Assembly (NCBI GenBank): GCA_965202585.1
Contig: OZ241830.1
Span: 38,874,001 to 38,938,000 of the forward strand
From: Thalia democratica
Lineage: Eukaryota
Direction: 5' to 3'
DNA: 64,000 nucleotides
The position numbers were made by a program, and so were the translations under genes. Shown here piece after piece: positions 13,501-27,199 of this stretch. The notes beneath the pieces are model-generated. The model saw only the letters and a list, made by a program, of their open reading frames with translations. It was not told the DNA's origin and did not search any database. Every line of letters begins with the position of its first letter. The stretch's first letter is position 1.

Positions 13501-14842
13501 ATTTAACAACAAACTACAAAGAAACTCACAAAAAAAAAATAGACATTTTGACTGGCTTAAGTTTTTCATTTATCCGACCAAATAAGTTAAACGCTTTTAA
13601 CGCTTTGTCATAAAATTTTTCAAATAACTTTGAAGAAAATTGTCAGCTGACGATTGTTGCTAGGAGACGAACGTGCCTTGTTGCTAGGCAAATACGCACA
13701 AACCAGCAGGGTGTCAATGTCAGGTCAAAACTGACAGATGCGTAGAATTTTCTCACCTATTTTTACACTTCAAAACTGTTGCATTTTTTAATAAGCTGCT
13801 ACATTTTTGTTGGAAGTATTTTGTCTAAGTTTTTGGTTGTTTATAATAAATACATTTTTTTTTAGTAAAATTTTCTTAAAAACTTATAGATTAGGTACAA
13901 CGTAATAGCTTTGTGATACACGTATTTACGTCGTAAAATAAAGAGAAAGTCCTTCAATTAAAATGTTGAAAGTTTAAAAACTGTCATTAAGAAAACAAGA
14001 CTATACTATTGAATTTATGTCACAGCGGTTTAATATAATTTTTTTTCTTTTTAACTTTTACCCAATCAAGTTGAACTTCAATTAATTCATTTGACTTTAA
14101 ATCAATGTTGAATACGAAAAGCAGCCATTGATCTTTCAATTAACAAAATAACTGCTTTCTTCTGAATCGATAAAACTTTTTTTTTATTGTCAAATAAAAC
14201 CATTCATTCAAGTAAACTAAATTCTTTTAGAGTATTTATTTTTCTATGTATATAAAGATAAAAATTTCCTTTAAAAATAAAAAAACTTTGAGCATAGTGC
14301 AATATTTCTTTTTTTTTTCTTGTGGACATGATTAAATATTTCATCGCAATATTAAAATACTTGCAATAACAAATATTATACGTATTTATCAGCTTATAAA
14401 AAACAAAAACTACAAAGAAAAACAGGTTACACCATAATAAACTAATAAGTAGCAAAAACCTGTTTAAACTTCTCAACAAGTTTAGATACAAAACAACAAG
14501 CTCTTAAACTTTTACAAATATCCTCGATTTCGTAAAACTAATATTAGTGAAAGATTTACAACAAAACAGAAAAAAGAGCTTAGATGGTCATTGAGACATT
14601 TTTTTGGTTAATGTAAATAACAATACGACTATAATGGTTGGTACACGACTAAAAGAGAACAAGCAGTTTATTTTCTCTCAAAACCCCATCTAAAAATGTC
14701 GCTTCGTTATCAACTATAAAAGAAACTGATGCACGTCAAGTGCTGATCTGTTACACCGAAATCTATTAGTGCAAAAGTATTTAACAACCTTGCTGGCTCA
14801 AGTGCCATTTTGTTGAGTGAGTTAGCCCCACACGCGTTATGA

Positions 14843-15125
14843 AGTCATAGCACGAAATTGCGTTATCTTAGGAAGGTTGTTTAGCTGCTGTCGAAAACAA
14901 AAGACGAATAAAACCTTTCGGCCTCAATCAAATATTAGACAAACTTAATTGTCTTGATTGAGTGTTAAACTTTTAGATAACGGCTGCTGGCGAGAACCAA
15001 ATTCCCATGCGTGAAATGTTTGCATTTTAAGAAATGGATAAGGATTCTTTTCATTGCAACTCAGACAAAAGACACCTTCACATGAGCGTTTTTCTTTGAT
15101 TGATTGCTGTTATCTCAATTAACAA
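14843..15125 (+). repeat. Duplicated non-coding blocks T+V, copy 1
   Basis: TTTAGATAA..TTCCCATGCG..ATGTTT..TTTGATTGATT..TGTTATCTCAATTA is shared with 22498-22770. Partial matches at 51040-51125 and 35856-35925. Confidence 0.85.
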
Positions 15126-15441
15126 GTGTTAAAGTTTGAACAAGTTACTTTCCGTGGTCTATGATTTATATCATCTATTCGAAAACTTGTAAAATCAGGG
15201 CAAGAGCATAAATGTGTAAATACAAACATTTAAGTTGACCCTTGGTTTTAACTTGTAATTTTCATTATGTCTAGCAGCTGTTACAACTAACATTCTTTGA
15301 AACGTGGAAAGAATTTTCTACTCACTTATTTAGATGTAAGCTGGTGCACGAAAGTTTTAGGTTCGTAACAGCACAAAAATATTAAATACAGTAGCATTTA
15401 AATTTGTAAGATGGGTAATTTAAAACTTTACAGATGCAGTT

Positions 15442-15753
15442 GTCACGTAAATCTAGTTGCCATGGAAATACGTTGTTGCACGCAACCGGTAAATGTCATT
15501 TCTTAGCAACAAGAGTTGCATAATAATCAGAAGGCTTTTGATTTCTGGGCACGGCCCTTGCTCATGTGATTAGCGACAAACTGAATGTCGAACATGTGAA
15601 GGTTTTACAAACCCCTCATTGAAAACTTTTCGGTAAGCACGCGATACGGTTTGAAAAAAAAAAACTGCCATAGAATTTTATCAAAAATAGTATTTTTTTA
15701 TAAGTTAAACTAAACAAAATCCTGCAGTAATTTTCTATTATTTCCTATAAGCT
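15442..15753 (+). repeat. Duplicated non-coding block W2, copy 1
   Basis: About 14 differences over the first ~215 nt versus 51972-52279. More diverged copy at 23699-23900. Confidence 0.95.
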
Positions 15754-15756
15754 TTT

Positions 15757-15810
15757 CATGTGAAGGTTTTGCAAACCCCTCATTAAAAACTTTTTCGTAA
15801 TCACGCAATG
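15757..15810 (+). repeat. Local ~53-bp direct duplication of 15593-15646
   Basis: CATGTGAAGGTTTT.CAAACCCCTCATT.AAAACTTTT.CG.TAA.CACGC.AT appears twice, 164 nt apart. Confidence 0.9.
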
Positions 15811-18396
15811 CATAAAATATGACAACAATGCTGTATAGACTTTTGCAACTAACTACACATTTTTATTGCAGTCCGTCCCTTAGTAATAATTTGTTATTGT
15901 ATTTGTTATTGTTATAACATTGAAATGCTTTTTATCATGACTAAGTTTTTACTGCGAAGATTGTCTTGTTAAACTACAAAACGAAAAGAAAAAGAAAAAG
16001 ACTACAAAATCACTAACAGAAAACTAAAAAGCATCGTTATCGTCGAGCTTACTAAGATTTAAAATTTTTGTAGAGATAACTACTCAAATAAAACATTAAT
16101 TTTGTTATTTAAACATTTTAAGTTGAGCCTAAGCTTTTTAATACAACTACCAATTTTATGAACTTATTTCAAATATTTTATGATGATAGCCTATTGTCGA
16201 AGAAAAAAAAAATTAGCTGCTACTTTTTTTTTGTAAGCTAAATGTTAAAATACTTTAGACCTACTTTTTCTTTAAGTTTTTAACTTCAGTTTGACTTCAT
16301 TTAATTTCTAACTTTAGCATGTAAAAGTATGTAATCTAAGTACTTTAAATCTCATGTAGCTTGCACTTAAAGTTTTGAGGAAAAGAATTTGTCAAAATTG
16401 CTAGTTTTGTAAGCTTTAAGATAAAATTAGCGATAAGAATTGCTATTGAACAAGCAGAAACGAAGTTTAACTTAAACAATCCGGTCTTTTGTTAAAATAA
16501 GAAAAATACTTCCGAATTAAAGTGTTTTTACTAAGTACAACTTTATTTAGTTAACTTTTTCGAGATAGTTTGCTTTCAGTTTTTGTTATACTTTTAACAC
16601 TTTTTATGCTCACAAAAAAAAACCATAATTTTGTAAATTTAACTAAAGTATACCATAACTGGAACAAACTCTCAAATTCTTCTAAAGAACTTTGTGTTTC
16701 TAGTGAGATACTATCAGGGTTTATAGTAAAGTAACATGACTGAAAAATAACTAGTAAATACTTTGATTCTTTTTACAGGTGCCATGTTTAAAGTGAAATA
16801 ACATCTACAGACCATATTTACCAAGTTCAAACTTGGGAAAAAACTTTTTAAAGATTCTTTTTGAAAATTTGATTTTTAAGTCAAAAGAGTCATATTCACT
16901 TCTAATTAATTGTTTACTGAACGAGAAAAATCGCTCAAAGTATTTGGTTCTTGGACCTGGTGCACGAAAAGCCCCTTCGAGTCGCACACCATTTGAATAC
17001 ATTTTAACGCCTTGTCCAGGACAGTCTTAACATAAAACTTAGTTAAAGTTTGCTAGTTCAAATAGCCGATAAAGATGCAAAGAGCTACCATTAAACTACT
17101 GTTGAAAATAAAACTCTCAAATTAATAGCAAAAACATTAATGTAATTATTAAAACCCTTTTTATTTTCATCTAACAGCAAACTTTTATCGTATTAAAAAT
17201 TAAACAATGCAGCCATTACTGAGCTCTTAAAAAAACAACAGAGCCAATTTTTATATCAAGTGAAATTTCCCGCTTTAATTATTTAGTTAATTTCTTTAGA
17301 GTATTTAAAGCTAAAAGGTTTATTGTGTTCATTTAAACAAGTTTCAGATGGTACTAGGATTTATCAAAATGTATATCTTTACGATTAATAGAATTTCTTA
17401 TGATCAAACGCATTATACTTAAAATAAATGAAAAATATCATACTCAAGAGTTTAATTACTGTAATGTTTAAAACTAACTTAATTTGCAAACCTTAGTACA
17501 AAGTAAACTATTTTTCCATAGTTCAAACGTAAAAACTTCGAATTTAACTCTGTGCTATTGTTACACAACAATTCAGAAAATTATACTTTCGATGATCACA
17601 TGTCGTTGAAACCGGCCAAACAAAAAAAAATCGGAAAAATAATTTCACGAAAATATGCTGGAAAAAATGCTGTTTTTTTGGTAAATTTCTCTTTTATTTA
17701 ACTTTATATATACATAAACAATTTTTCAAAAGTAACATGAGAACGTTTATTTTTATGCGTTGAAACAAAAAAGTTTTGAACTTATAACAAAAACTTGTTT
17801 AGATTTTTTCAACAAAGAAACTCTTACCCTGAACAACTTTTTAAAACTTTTGTCAACAAGTTTAGTTAAAATGAAATAAAAAATCAAATTTGTGCTAAAC
17901 AACGGTAAAGACGAAAAATCGAAGTTTTTGTTTAAAGAGTCGGCAAAGGGCTTAAAAGTGTGATGTCACATAATGTTCATGGATACCGTAGGTCAATAAC
18001 TTAAGTGCTACTCCCAGTTACTTTTCTGTAGATAAAAATAAATATAAAGTCTTAAACCGTTTCCATGAAAGCAAAGAGTATTTATTTAAAGTTGTGCAGA
18101 TTTCAATAGTTTAGTTTTTTCTGCTTGTGGTTTTCAAGTATAAATAAAAAATAATTAACTAATGCTCTTTATTTATGATTTTTAAGTTAGCTTTATTTTT
18201 AAAATAAAGAATGTGTTCTATAAATAAAATTCTAGCAAGACGGTTATGGGTTTTATCTCGAAGTTTATTTGATCGGCCGCAAACTTTGTTGTCTTTTGCT
18301 TCTTGTGGGCATAATTTTTTTAATTCGGTTCAACAAAAAAATCACATAAAGACCACTAAAACAATAACAAAAACATCAATCAAGCCAACGTGTTGT

Positions 18397-18612
18397 AAAA
18401 GACAACTTCAATGCTTGATTGCAATAATTTCTGTGACGACAATTTTTCTTAAAGTGTTTGATCACACCCTTCAACAGAGACTTGTTATTGTTATTATTAA
18501 ATCATGCAGAAATATTTAGGACGCTTCTTTTTGTTTGGTAATAGTTTTCAAGTGTTTTGCTTTAAGCTATGGTCACATGCTGCTTCTGATTCGAGTTTAA
18601 AAGTTGTTTCAT
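18397..18612 (+). repeat. Duplicate of FGF intron-2 block Z2 (4824-5040; weak match at 44432-44482)
   Basis: AGACAA..TGCTTGA.TTGCAAT..CGACAATTTTT..ATCACACCCTTCAA..TTATTGTT.TTATTA..TCATAGCTT. Confidence 0.85.
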
Positions 18613-21600
18613 AGCTTGAAGCAGTAGTAAAATTTTCGTTCAAAAACTGCTTTATTTTTAACTTCGAGTCTGTATTTTAGTATGTCTATTCAGTACACAT
18701 AAAAAAAATCAATAAATATTTTCGATAAACATTTAGGAGAAAAAAAAAATTGTATCACTACTTTCAATTTAATTTCGGCGTTTGCTGCAAAAAAAAAGAT
18801 TTACTCAAACGTTTATTACTTTGTTTGCTTTCGATTACAAACTTTAATTTCTGAGTAAAACTGTGCTCACTAAAAGAAAAACACTGTGTGGTTGCAATTA
18901 ATTGTAGCTTATGTGTAACGTCTAGTATGTTGTAGTTTTTATTTGACCCCTTTATAAGTTGAAACTGCACCGCGTATCTGGTTAGTTACATAAGTATCAA
19001 ATTTCTTTTTAACTCATTCGTCACTTATAACAAAACTTATAGTTACTTTATTGTTAAATAAAACTAAACTTGTAATTTGCGAAACTTATAAAGCTATAAA
19101 GATAAGATTTGAGGAATTTTCGTTGGAGCTTTCAAATTAAGCTAATGTAGTCTCAAAATAAAAAAAAAGCTTAACTGGTCAGTTACAATAAATAAACTCC
19201 TTTACATGTTTTAAACTTTCAACAAACAAAAAAGTTTGAAAACTAATTTTTGGCACTTTTATGGCGTTGCGTTATATAAACAACTTATACAGACTCACAC
19301 GTCTTAAATTTGATATACTAGGATTATAAGGACAATAAAAGTTAGTTATTGCTACACAATGTCAATACTTTACTACGTCTACTTAAACAAAATCTAATGC
19401 TTTTAATAATAAAAAAATGTTAAAAAATAAAAAGTTGTAAATTAATTTGTAAACTTTATGAGAATTTAAATTGTTTCAAGTACTTTAGAATAAGGCAATA
19501 AATATAAAACTAGGTTAGACTTTAATTATTCTAAGAAACAATATTCAAAAAAGTCAAATAAAAAAGTAGTTTTTGATAAACACAAGCCACTACTTTTGAT
19601 ACGAAGTAAATTACGTGAAGCCATGTGAAGTACTTTTAAAATTTTCGGAGCTGTTGAAAACTTATCAAAAATTATAAAACTATGTAAAATACAATAAAAA
19701 AAAACAATTTATTTTAAATTTTACAAAAACTTAATGTTTTATAAAATGATCAAATATAAATGATATATTTACAGTTTAGTATTACAGCTAATTTTGTTCT
19801 TTGTTTTGAAAGTAAGTTTTGACAATGAAAATTTTTATGATTACAAACTTTCAAACATTCTATATACTTTGAAACAAATTTACAACCATATTTATAATGT
19901 AGTTTAAACTGATTAAAAATATCAAAAAGATGATAAATATGCATTTTAGCAAATTGAAGTTTTAACGAAATTCTGATTTCATTTTTTATTAACATTATTA
20001 TTAAATTACTTGTTATAAAAAACTTAACTAAAAGTTTAATATTGTTAAACCCTAAGCAAAATCGTTAAGGAATCAAAACAGTTTTCAGCTTTTATAACAT
20101 TCGTTTTGTTATAATGTTGTATTTGAAAAGCGATATAAATAAATACAGCGAAGCATCAGAATACTTTGACTTTTTTTCAAACTAAGTTTAATACTTCAAA
20201 TTGTTGTTTTATTTAAATAATTGTTTTTTTTTAACAACCTAAAAAAAGTTTTACCTTGTTATTATATAAAAGTTGAAAACTTTGATGTTAATACTTTATG
20301 CGTTTTATTCAATTTTATAATTAAACTCTATGGTTGAGCTAGAAATAGTTTTTGTTTTTGGTGTAAAAAACTCATCAAAGTTTCTATATTAATTAATGCA
20401 GTATTTCGATTATATTGAGCTAAGAAAGTTATTTTTCATTCTATTATCTTTATCTTGGAAGTTTAAATTGGAAAAATATGTTACTTGAAATTGCCTAATA
20501 ACCAAACTAGAATAACATAAAGAGATTTAAGCCATTTGTATGACATTAAAAAGCTTAAAGTAATCAGTGTTTATACTAACAGGCGACAGTATCTTTAGAT
20601 AAAGATCTTCGTTTGAAACATCACACAAACTACAAATGTCACCAACTCACGGTTTACTAATAAGAAAAACTAAGAAAGACCAAAACTAATTGAGCGGTTA
20701 TTATGTGACTTTATTCTTTTTTACATGATATTTTATACATCTCATACAACGGATTAAGTTGATTAAGACGTATCACTAGCATAGATCTAGATCAAAAATA
20801 AAATTTCACTGGCACAGTGTAATAATTTCTTATTGACAACAAAATTTTCTCATCAAAACTTGTGTAAAATTTGTAATGATACCTAATACTAAGCTAATCA
20901 TAAATTATTTTGTCCGTAAAAAATGATTTATGTCTATGCTCATTAACTAAATTTTAAAGTCTTTTTCTTTGTAAGAGTTTTTTGTACTAATAGTAGTTTT
21001 GTTTTAATTGTTTTAAATTTACGCTTAATCTATTTTAGTAAGATTTTTGTTTAAAGTATTTGAAAATTTTGTACCTCTTGCCTATCCCAATTTATGATGC
21101 AATGTCGAAAGAATAAAGTGCAAAATTTTTATTTTTTTTTGTTTTCAAACATCAAATAAACAATAACAGTGTTTAAGTTTTGTTAAGGTGAATCTTAAAC
21201 TAATAACACAAACCAGTTAGTTAACAAAACTAAACTTTATTTCTCTGTATACTAAATTTTTAAAACAAGGAAAGAGACAATTAAATTTTACATAAGTAGA
21301 TTAACAAAACTGTTTAAGTTCCAGCGACTCAAAACCATTACAAAATAGCACAAGGAAAATGAATATTATACAAATATATAAACACATATATTTAACATAA
21401 TTAAAACTAGTTTGGGCAAAATTAGATGATCGCTATAAATTAACTCCTTTTTAATTTCAAACTACTTACAGACAAAGAAAAGTTAAAGTACTCAGACTGC
21501 ACACTTTTAAAAGGCTGAACCATGTTATGAAAACAATAATTTTAAGTTTACATCAAAATCTAAAAACTACAAATCCATGTTGACTATTGCACACCCAAAC

Positions 21601-22497
21601 TTAAGTTTTGCCGCCTCAATAATAAGGCCTGTGTGTCAACAAACGTGAAGAAAACTAGTTAAACTCGCTGTCTACTAAAACTACGTGAGAGTAGGATTTT
21701 TGTAAACTTAAACAAACTTCAGTAAAAATAAACATTTTACTAACTAAATTCATCGTAGAATTTTTTTTTTCTTAAGAGAAAAGTTATTTATTGTTATAAA
21801 TATATGTTTTAAAGGTTTTTTTTTTAACTAAGACTTCTTTTCATGTTTAAAAAGTGTAGGTTATAAGAAAAAAAAAATTCTGTAACGCTTTTGCTACAAT
21901 AAGAAAGCTCATAGACTCAAAAAGAAAAACTATTTAGTTAAAATTTTAAACATCAACTTCTATTTCTAGTATAAAATGCAAAGCTTCATCATTGATTTTT
22001 GTTTTTATTTTAATAAATTATTGTTATATTTAATTTTTTAAAGAGTAAAATTATACTGCCACATGGTAGCTTTTGTTTGAAATAAAAACAATAGAAATTT
22101 TGAAAAATATATATAATTTAATTACACTTAAAATTTACAAAAAAAAACAAGACTTTTTATTTATAAAGATGTACTTACAATACGATGCATGTATTTGTAG
22201 CTTTTTTTTTGCCAACTCATTTTACTTGTATTACTTATCGAAACGTTTTTATTATTCAGCAAACTAAACTTAAACTAAAACTTTGTTACTTTTTCTAATG
22301 CAAAGAAGATTTTTTTATGTTATGTAAGACTTTATGTAAGACGTGTTTATTGCAAATTACGATGATTTCTGCTGTTTATTTTTACACTTGTTTTCATTCA
22401 CAGCTTCAACTATGATTTTAAGATAGAACTACTTTTCAAGATCAGAACTTATTTTTAGCATAACTTCACACATCGCCTTCGGAAACAAATATGTTGG

Positions 22498-22770
22498 TTA
22501 CACAAATGCAAATATGCGTTTTCTGGTGGACTTTGTTCAGGTGGGGAAGACGACAAACGAAGGGCAAGTATTTGGACCCAATCAGTTGGTTTTTCAGTGT
22601 CAATTTTTAGATAAAGTAGCTTCTGAAGATGTTTGGATTCCCATGCGGGACATGTTTACACAGGTATGAGTTGGACTCTGCATTAACACATGACAACACA
22701 GACAATAGTGCTCTATTAACTCTCCCATGATTGCACGTGTTTGATTGATTATTGTTATCTCAATTAGCAA
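22498..22770 (+). repeat. Duplicated non-coding blocks T+V, copy 2
   Basis: Colinear match to 14843-15125. Confidence 0.85.
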
Positions 22771-23384
22771 ATACTTTCTAGTGTGTACAGGGTCTGCCGA
22801 TTCAGGGTGGTCGTTGAACTTACACACCAGAACAAAAATTTACTGAAGTGTCAATGCAGCAGAACTGCTGTTCAATTTATTTTTAGATTTTTGTACTTTT
22901 TTTCTGACTGCGTCATGTTATTTTGAGTATATCAAGAGCTTGTTTTTAGTTTAATGAAAAAATGCTATTTTTGCATAACGATAACTAATAAAAGACAGCA
23001 AATAATAATAATTCAGAAAAGGGGTCAAAAGTATATCGGGTTATTTGCATAATTGTATTGTAAATGAAAGGATTTTAAATAACGTACGTTATATATCATG
23101 AAATGTGTTACAAAAACGACAATTAATCATAAAACCGTTTTGTCTATTTTTCCTTTATTTATGTTTTCTTTAGCAGTTATTTTTTATTAAAGCTAACTTA
23201 TTATATTTTTGTAACAGTATCAGTGTTTTTTTTATTTTTAAACCAAATGACATTTTTAAGAAAATACTGCATAATTTATAAAACAGATAAAACTTGCAAG
23301 CATGAAGTAATCCACAGTAGATATGTTATTAAAATTGATCACCTTTTTACAACAAAAATTCAACAAGTTTTATCGCTAAAAACG

Positions 23385-23458
23385 GTTTTATGACGTCACA
23401 CCCAACCTAATGTCATGTTCACCAACCATGAAAAGCACGTGTTCGCGACTAAAATACC
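23385..23458 (+). repeat. Duplicated block W1 (also at 51662-51740)
   Basis: TTTTATGACGT.ACA..C.ACCT...A.CATGAAA.GCAC.TGTTCGCGACT.AAATA occurs at both sites, each about 300 nt before W2. Confidence 0.8.
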
Positions 23459-23698
23459 ATCAATTTTTATGCTTGGGTTTGATTATAGTTTTTGAAACTT
23501 TTCCATAGTCTTATATCTAAAAACTCATTAAGCGATTTAAAATGTTTTAAACACATATGTATATTTATTTTTACCTACTTATCTACTAGTGGTACAGTAA
23601 CGAAGCATTTCAGATTTTAACCATTATCTGAATGCTACTTCCGGTATTCTTTTAGTTGAACAGAATAATAGTTCAAAATCAAATACACAAAATTACCC

Positions 23699-23900
23699 GT
23701 CACGTAAACTTCGTTTCCATAGAAGCTTATCGTTGCATGCAAGGGATGAGTGATTTTTCATAGCAACAAGAATTGCAGTCGGGCTCGCCTTTGATTTCAG
23801 GGCACGGCCTTTCTTACGTGATTAGCGACAATCTAAGTGTCGAACATGTGACGATTTTACAAACCCCTCATTAACGACTTACTCTTAAGCACGCGATGCT
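23699..23900 (+). repeat. Duplicated non-coding block W2, copy 2 (diverged)
   Basis: Shares GTCACGTAAA, TAGCAACAAGA, TTTGATTTC.GGGCACGGCC, GTGATTAGCGACAA, TGTCGAACATGTGA and AAGCACGCGAT in order. Confidence 0.9.
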
Positions 23901-24484
23901 GAAGAGAATATGTATTGAAACTAATGTATACTTTTATGTGTTGGTCTGCTTACTAAGAAATTTCATAAAGTTTGTTTATAATTTTTAAAGCCGGAGTTAG
24001 TTTTGTTAGAAATCAAATTTAGTTTTCCATCATGTGTCATTGTCGTGCTAACTTGAGCAGAAATATTTTTTTATTTAAATGAAATTATTATGCCATTTAA
24101 TGTGACTTATATTAATTAAATAATTTTACTTGATTGACTTTGGATTTTAAAACTTGAAATATTAACCAAAAAGGCAAACACATGGCAAGTTTTATTACAA
24201 TTTTTGATAGTAAATTTAAAAGTATTCTTCAGACATTTATTTTTTTGTATTCAAGTAATCTTCAAAGCACTAAGTAAAAAGCTTTCAAGTAAAATATGTC
24301 TTCGTTCGGGCTTATATTTTCGAAAGTTCAAAATCAAATAATTTCATTCCATTTTAAAGATAGTTTTTTTATGATTTTTTTTTTATAAATGCTGCAGTGT
24401 AAAAGTTCCGTTTTGTTTTTTGTTACCTTTTAGGAATCTCTTATTAGTAAAGTTATTTAAAAGCAATAAAGATATACTATACTG

Positions 24485-27199
24485 CAGGGACGTCGCGTGG
24501 GGTGTTGCACTGCCGCAACTGCACCACCTTGAAATTTTGTAAGAAAAAAAAAGTATCTGTAGCGTTTTCGTTATTTTTTAGAACGAAATCTCTTTAAAAA
24601 CTTCAATTTTGAAAACGACCATTTTGCCCACTTCACTGCCGCAAACTCTTAGCTGACTGCCGCAAATGAACTCAAAAAAAGCAAAATTTCTTCAAGAATT
24701 ACCGCAAAATCAATATCTTGCGGTAAGTAAACTAAATTTAAAATTCCCTAAAACAGGACATGCTTAAGTATCATCTACAAGCTATTGTAAACATAAATTA
24801 AAAACAAAGCTAAGCTACTGCAAAGGATTAAACTTGAGTTTATGTACCCACATGATTTTTTAAATTTAACAGATCACTTCTATTAAAACTGGACAATAAA
24901 AGAACAAAACTTGTCATGAATGAAATATTTAAAGAAAAAAAAGATAAGAACCTTAAATCACTAAAGTCTAAGAAATTCGATTTTTTATTTTAATCTGCAT
25001 ACATAAACTTCAATATAACTGATTATTGTTATCATAAAATTAATAAAATATTTAATTAAATTATTTTTAAATGTAAAATTTAAGTTCTGAAAAAAAAAAT
25101 AAGAAGTTTAATATAAACTTCTAGTTCACTCTTACAAAAAAATAATTTAGATTTATATTAAATGAAAATTAGTATTATTGAAACAGTCACATATTTAAAT
25201 AAAGTAAATAGCCTTAACTTAGAAACTTAGAGTAGTTTAACATTTTAGGAAAATTTAGTCTACTTTATATGACTTTTGGTTTAATTTTTTCATAAACAAA
25301 GCAAAAGTTTTAGATAAAATTATTGAAACATGGTTGCCTTCCCTCATAATCAGGATAACTTAGAAATGTTAAAAACTCAAGATGACCCAAGATAAATTAA
25401 AACAGACCAAATTATTAAAATATTAAGGCTGACTAAAGCAGTTTTAGTTTTTTACTCTGAAAATAACAAGCTTATTTAAAATTAAAAAATAAGTGTTTTA
25501 CCCCTATGGCCACATGAAAACTAACTAACCAATTTTTTACTGCTATAAGGGTTACTTATTTAAAAATTATCTTTAAAATTCTTTAAAAATTCAAAAGCCT
25601 CACCAACTAAACTTTAAAAGTTGAGCTCCTGAGAAAAATACTGTCATCAAAATGAAAAACATATTAAAATTAAATAAAGAAAAGATACCCTTAAAAACTT
25701 TTGAATTTTAAACCTCCAAAAAAAGACATTAAAATTAGAAAAAAAGTTAATAAAAATCTTAATGTTTGTAAAAAAAAAAGTGCAAAATAGTGAGGGGTAA
25801 GGGGGGGGGGGGGGAAGGTTTATAGGCACTTTTTTACATGTTGTTGTTATTTTAACTTTTTCAAAAAGCTAATAGTTACTCTTTAATAAACTTGAAATTT
25901 CCAATTAAAATTTTAGTTACAACCGGTCAAAGCCAGAGAATACAATGATTTATTAAACAAGGAGCAAATCAAAACAGCAAAAGAATACAATTTTACTAAA
26001 AACCTATATTCTCCATCATTCTTAAAGCAATTTTTATCAAACTTTTTCATCCTAAGTTTTATAAAATTTGTTTACTTTTGTTAAAAAGAAATTTAAATTT
26101 TAAAGAATCAATATATATTTTTATATACACAAAAAAAAAACTTTTGTTTTTTTTTTTCTTAGTGTTTCAAATATCTATTTCAGCAATTTGTTTTTTTTAT
26201 AAAAGAAACATCTAAAGATTTTGAGGCCAACTTATAAAAAAAAATATGGTTTTAGTGATTTGATTTATTTGTTGTTTGAGTTTATATTATATTAATAAGG
26301 ATTCTTTTGTACCTCTGACTGTGAGTTACCATATCTCAGAAGTTAATATGATTTTTTTATAATTATAAAAAATGAGTTGTAGTAAAATTAAAACTTTATA
26401 AAATAATTTTTAACAAATAATTCTAAAGTAGATGTTAAGGGCATAAAAGAGGGGGGGGTAAAACATTTTTTTTAAGCGCTGATTTAGTTTGTCCCTCCCA
26501 TAAGGAACCTTTTATTGCCTTTGACTTTGACCAGCTATATCTAAAAAAATATATTGAATCTTTAAAATCTGTAAAAAGCATCTTGTAGCTTTGTAAAAAC
26601 TACATAAAATAAGATCAAATTGTGAAGAAAGTGTTTCTTTTTTTGTAGTGAAGAAATTTTTTTTCGTTGTAGACTTTTTAATTTCCTTGCCAAGTCTGAT
26701 AATAAATTTATTTTTTTGTTAAGTTAAATATTAATGAAATAACCATTCTTAGTATGATGTTTAATCAAATATTTTTTAAATAAAGTTGAGGCAAAATAAA
26801 AAAAACTATTAAAGTTGCTGTATTTTCATTATAATAACAATTTGTTTTGTCTAAATTTTTTCTACTGTTAGTTTTAACTTTAAAGCCTTCTTAAAAATCA
26901 ATACTCATAAGTAAGCTAAAATTTTTTGAGTCTTTTAAATTAATTAATTTTTTTTAATATTCCTATATTTGCTTTAATTTTCAAAGTATTTACTTTTTTT
27001 TTTAAGTTGTTTTCTTAAATAATTTTTTTTTTGAAGAAATAAATGTTTTATTTTTAAACAAAATTTCCTAAGTTACATTAGCAATTTAATGTAATTGTTC
27101 TAGAAAAAAGTCTTTATTTAAGATAAAAAAAGAGTTTTAAAGTTAGGGTTTTTTTTTAAATTCTGCACCACCTAAAAAAAATACCACGCGACGCCACTG
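24485..27199. mobile_element. Non-autonomous hAT-type DNA transposon (2715 bp)
   Basis: TIRs CAGGGACGTCGCGTGG and (reverse complement) CAGTGGCGTCGCGTGG match at 14/16. Perfect 8-bp TSD CTATACTG at 24477-24484 and 27200-27207. Subterminal GCCGCAA repeats; no transposase ORF seen. Confidence 0.93.

Noticed and set aside
16805-17030. Overlapping 65-aa ORFs on both strands in a GC-richer patch
   Set aside because: No recognisable domain, no consistent splice sites and no homologue; could be old repeat debris.
22600-22827. 75-aa minus-strand ORF (likewise 4815-5003, 18211-18519, 44270-44566)
   Set aside because: They overlap duplicated blocks whose other copies do not preserve the frame, so the conservation is non-coding.
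25647-25829. ORF with a PPPPPP run
   Set aside because: Artefact of a poly-G tract inside the hAT element.
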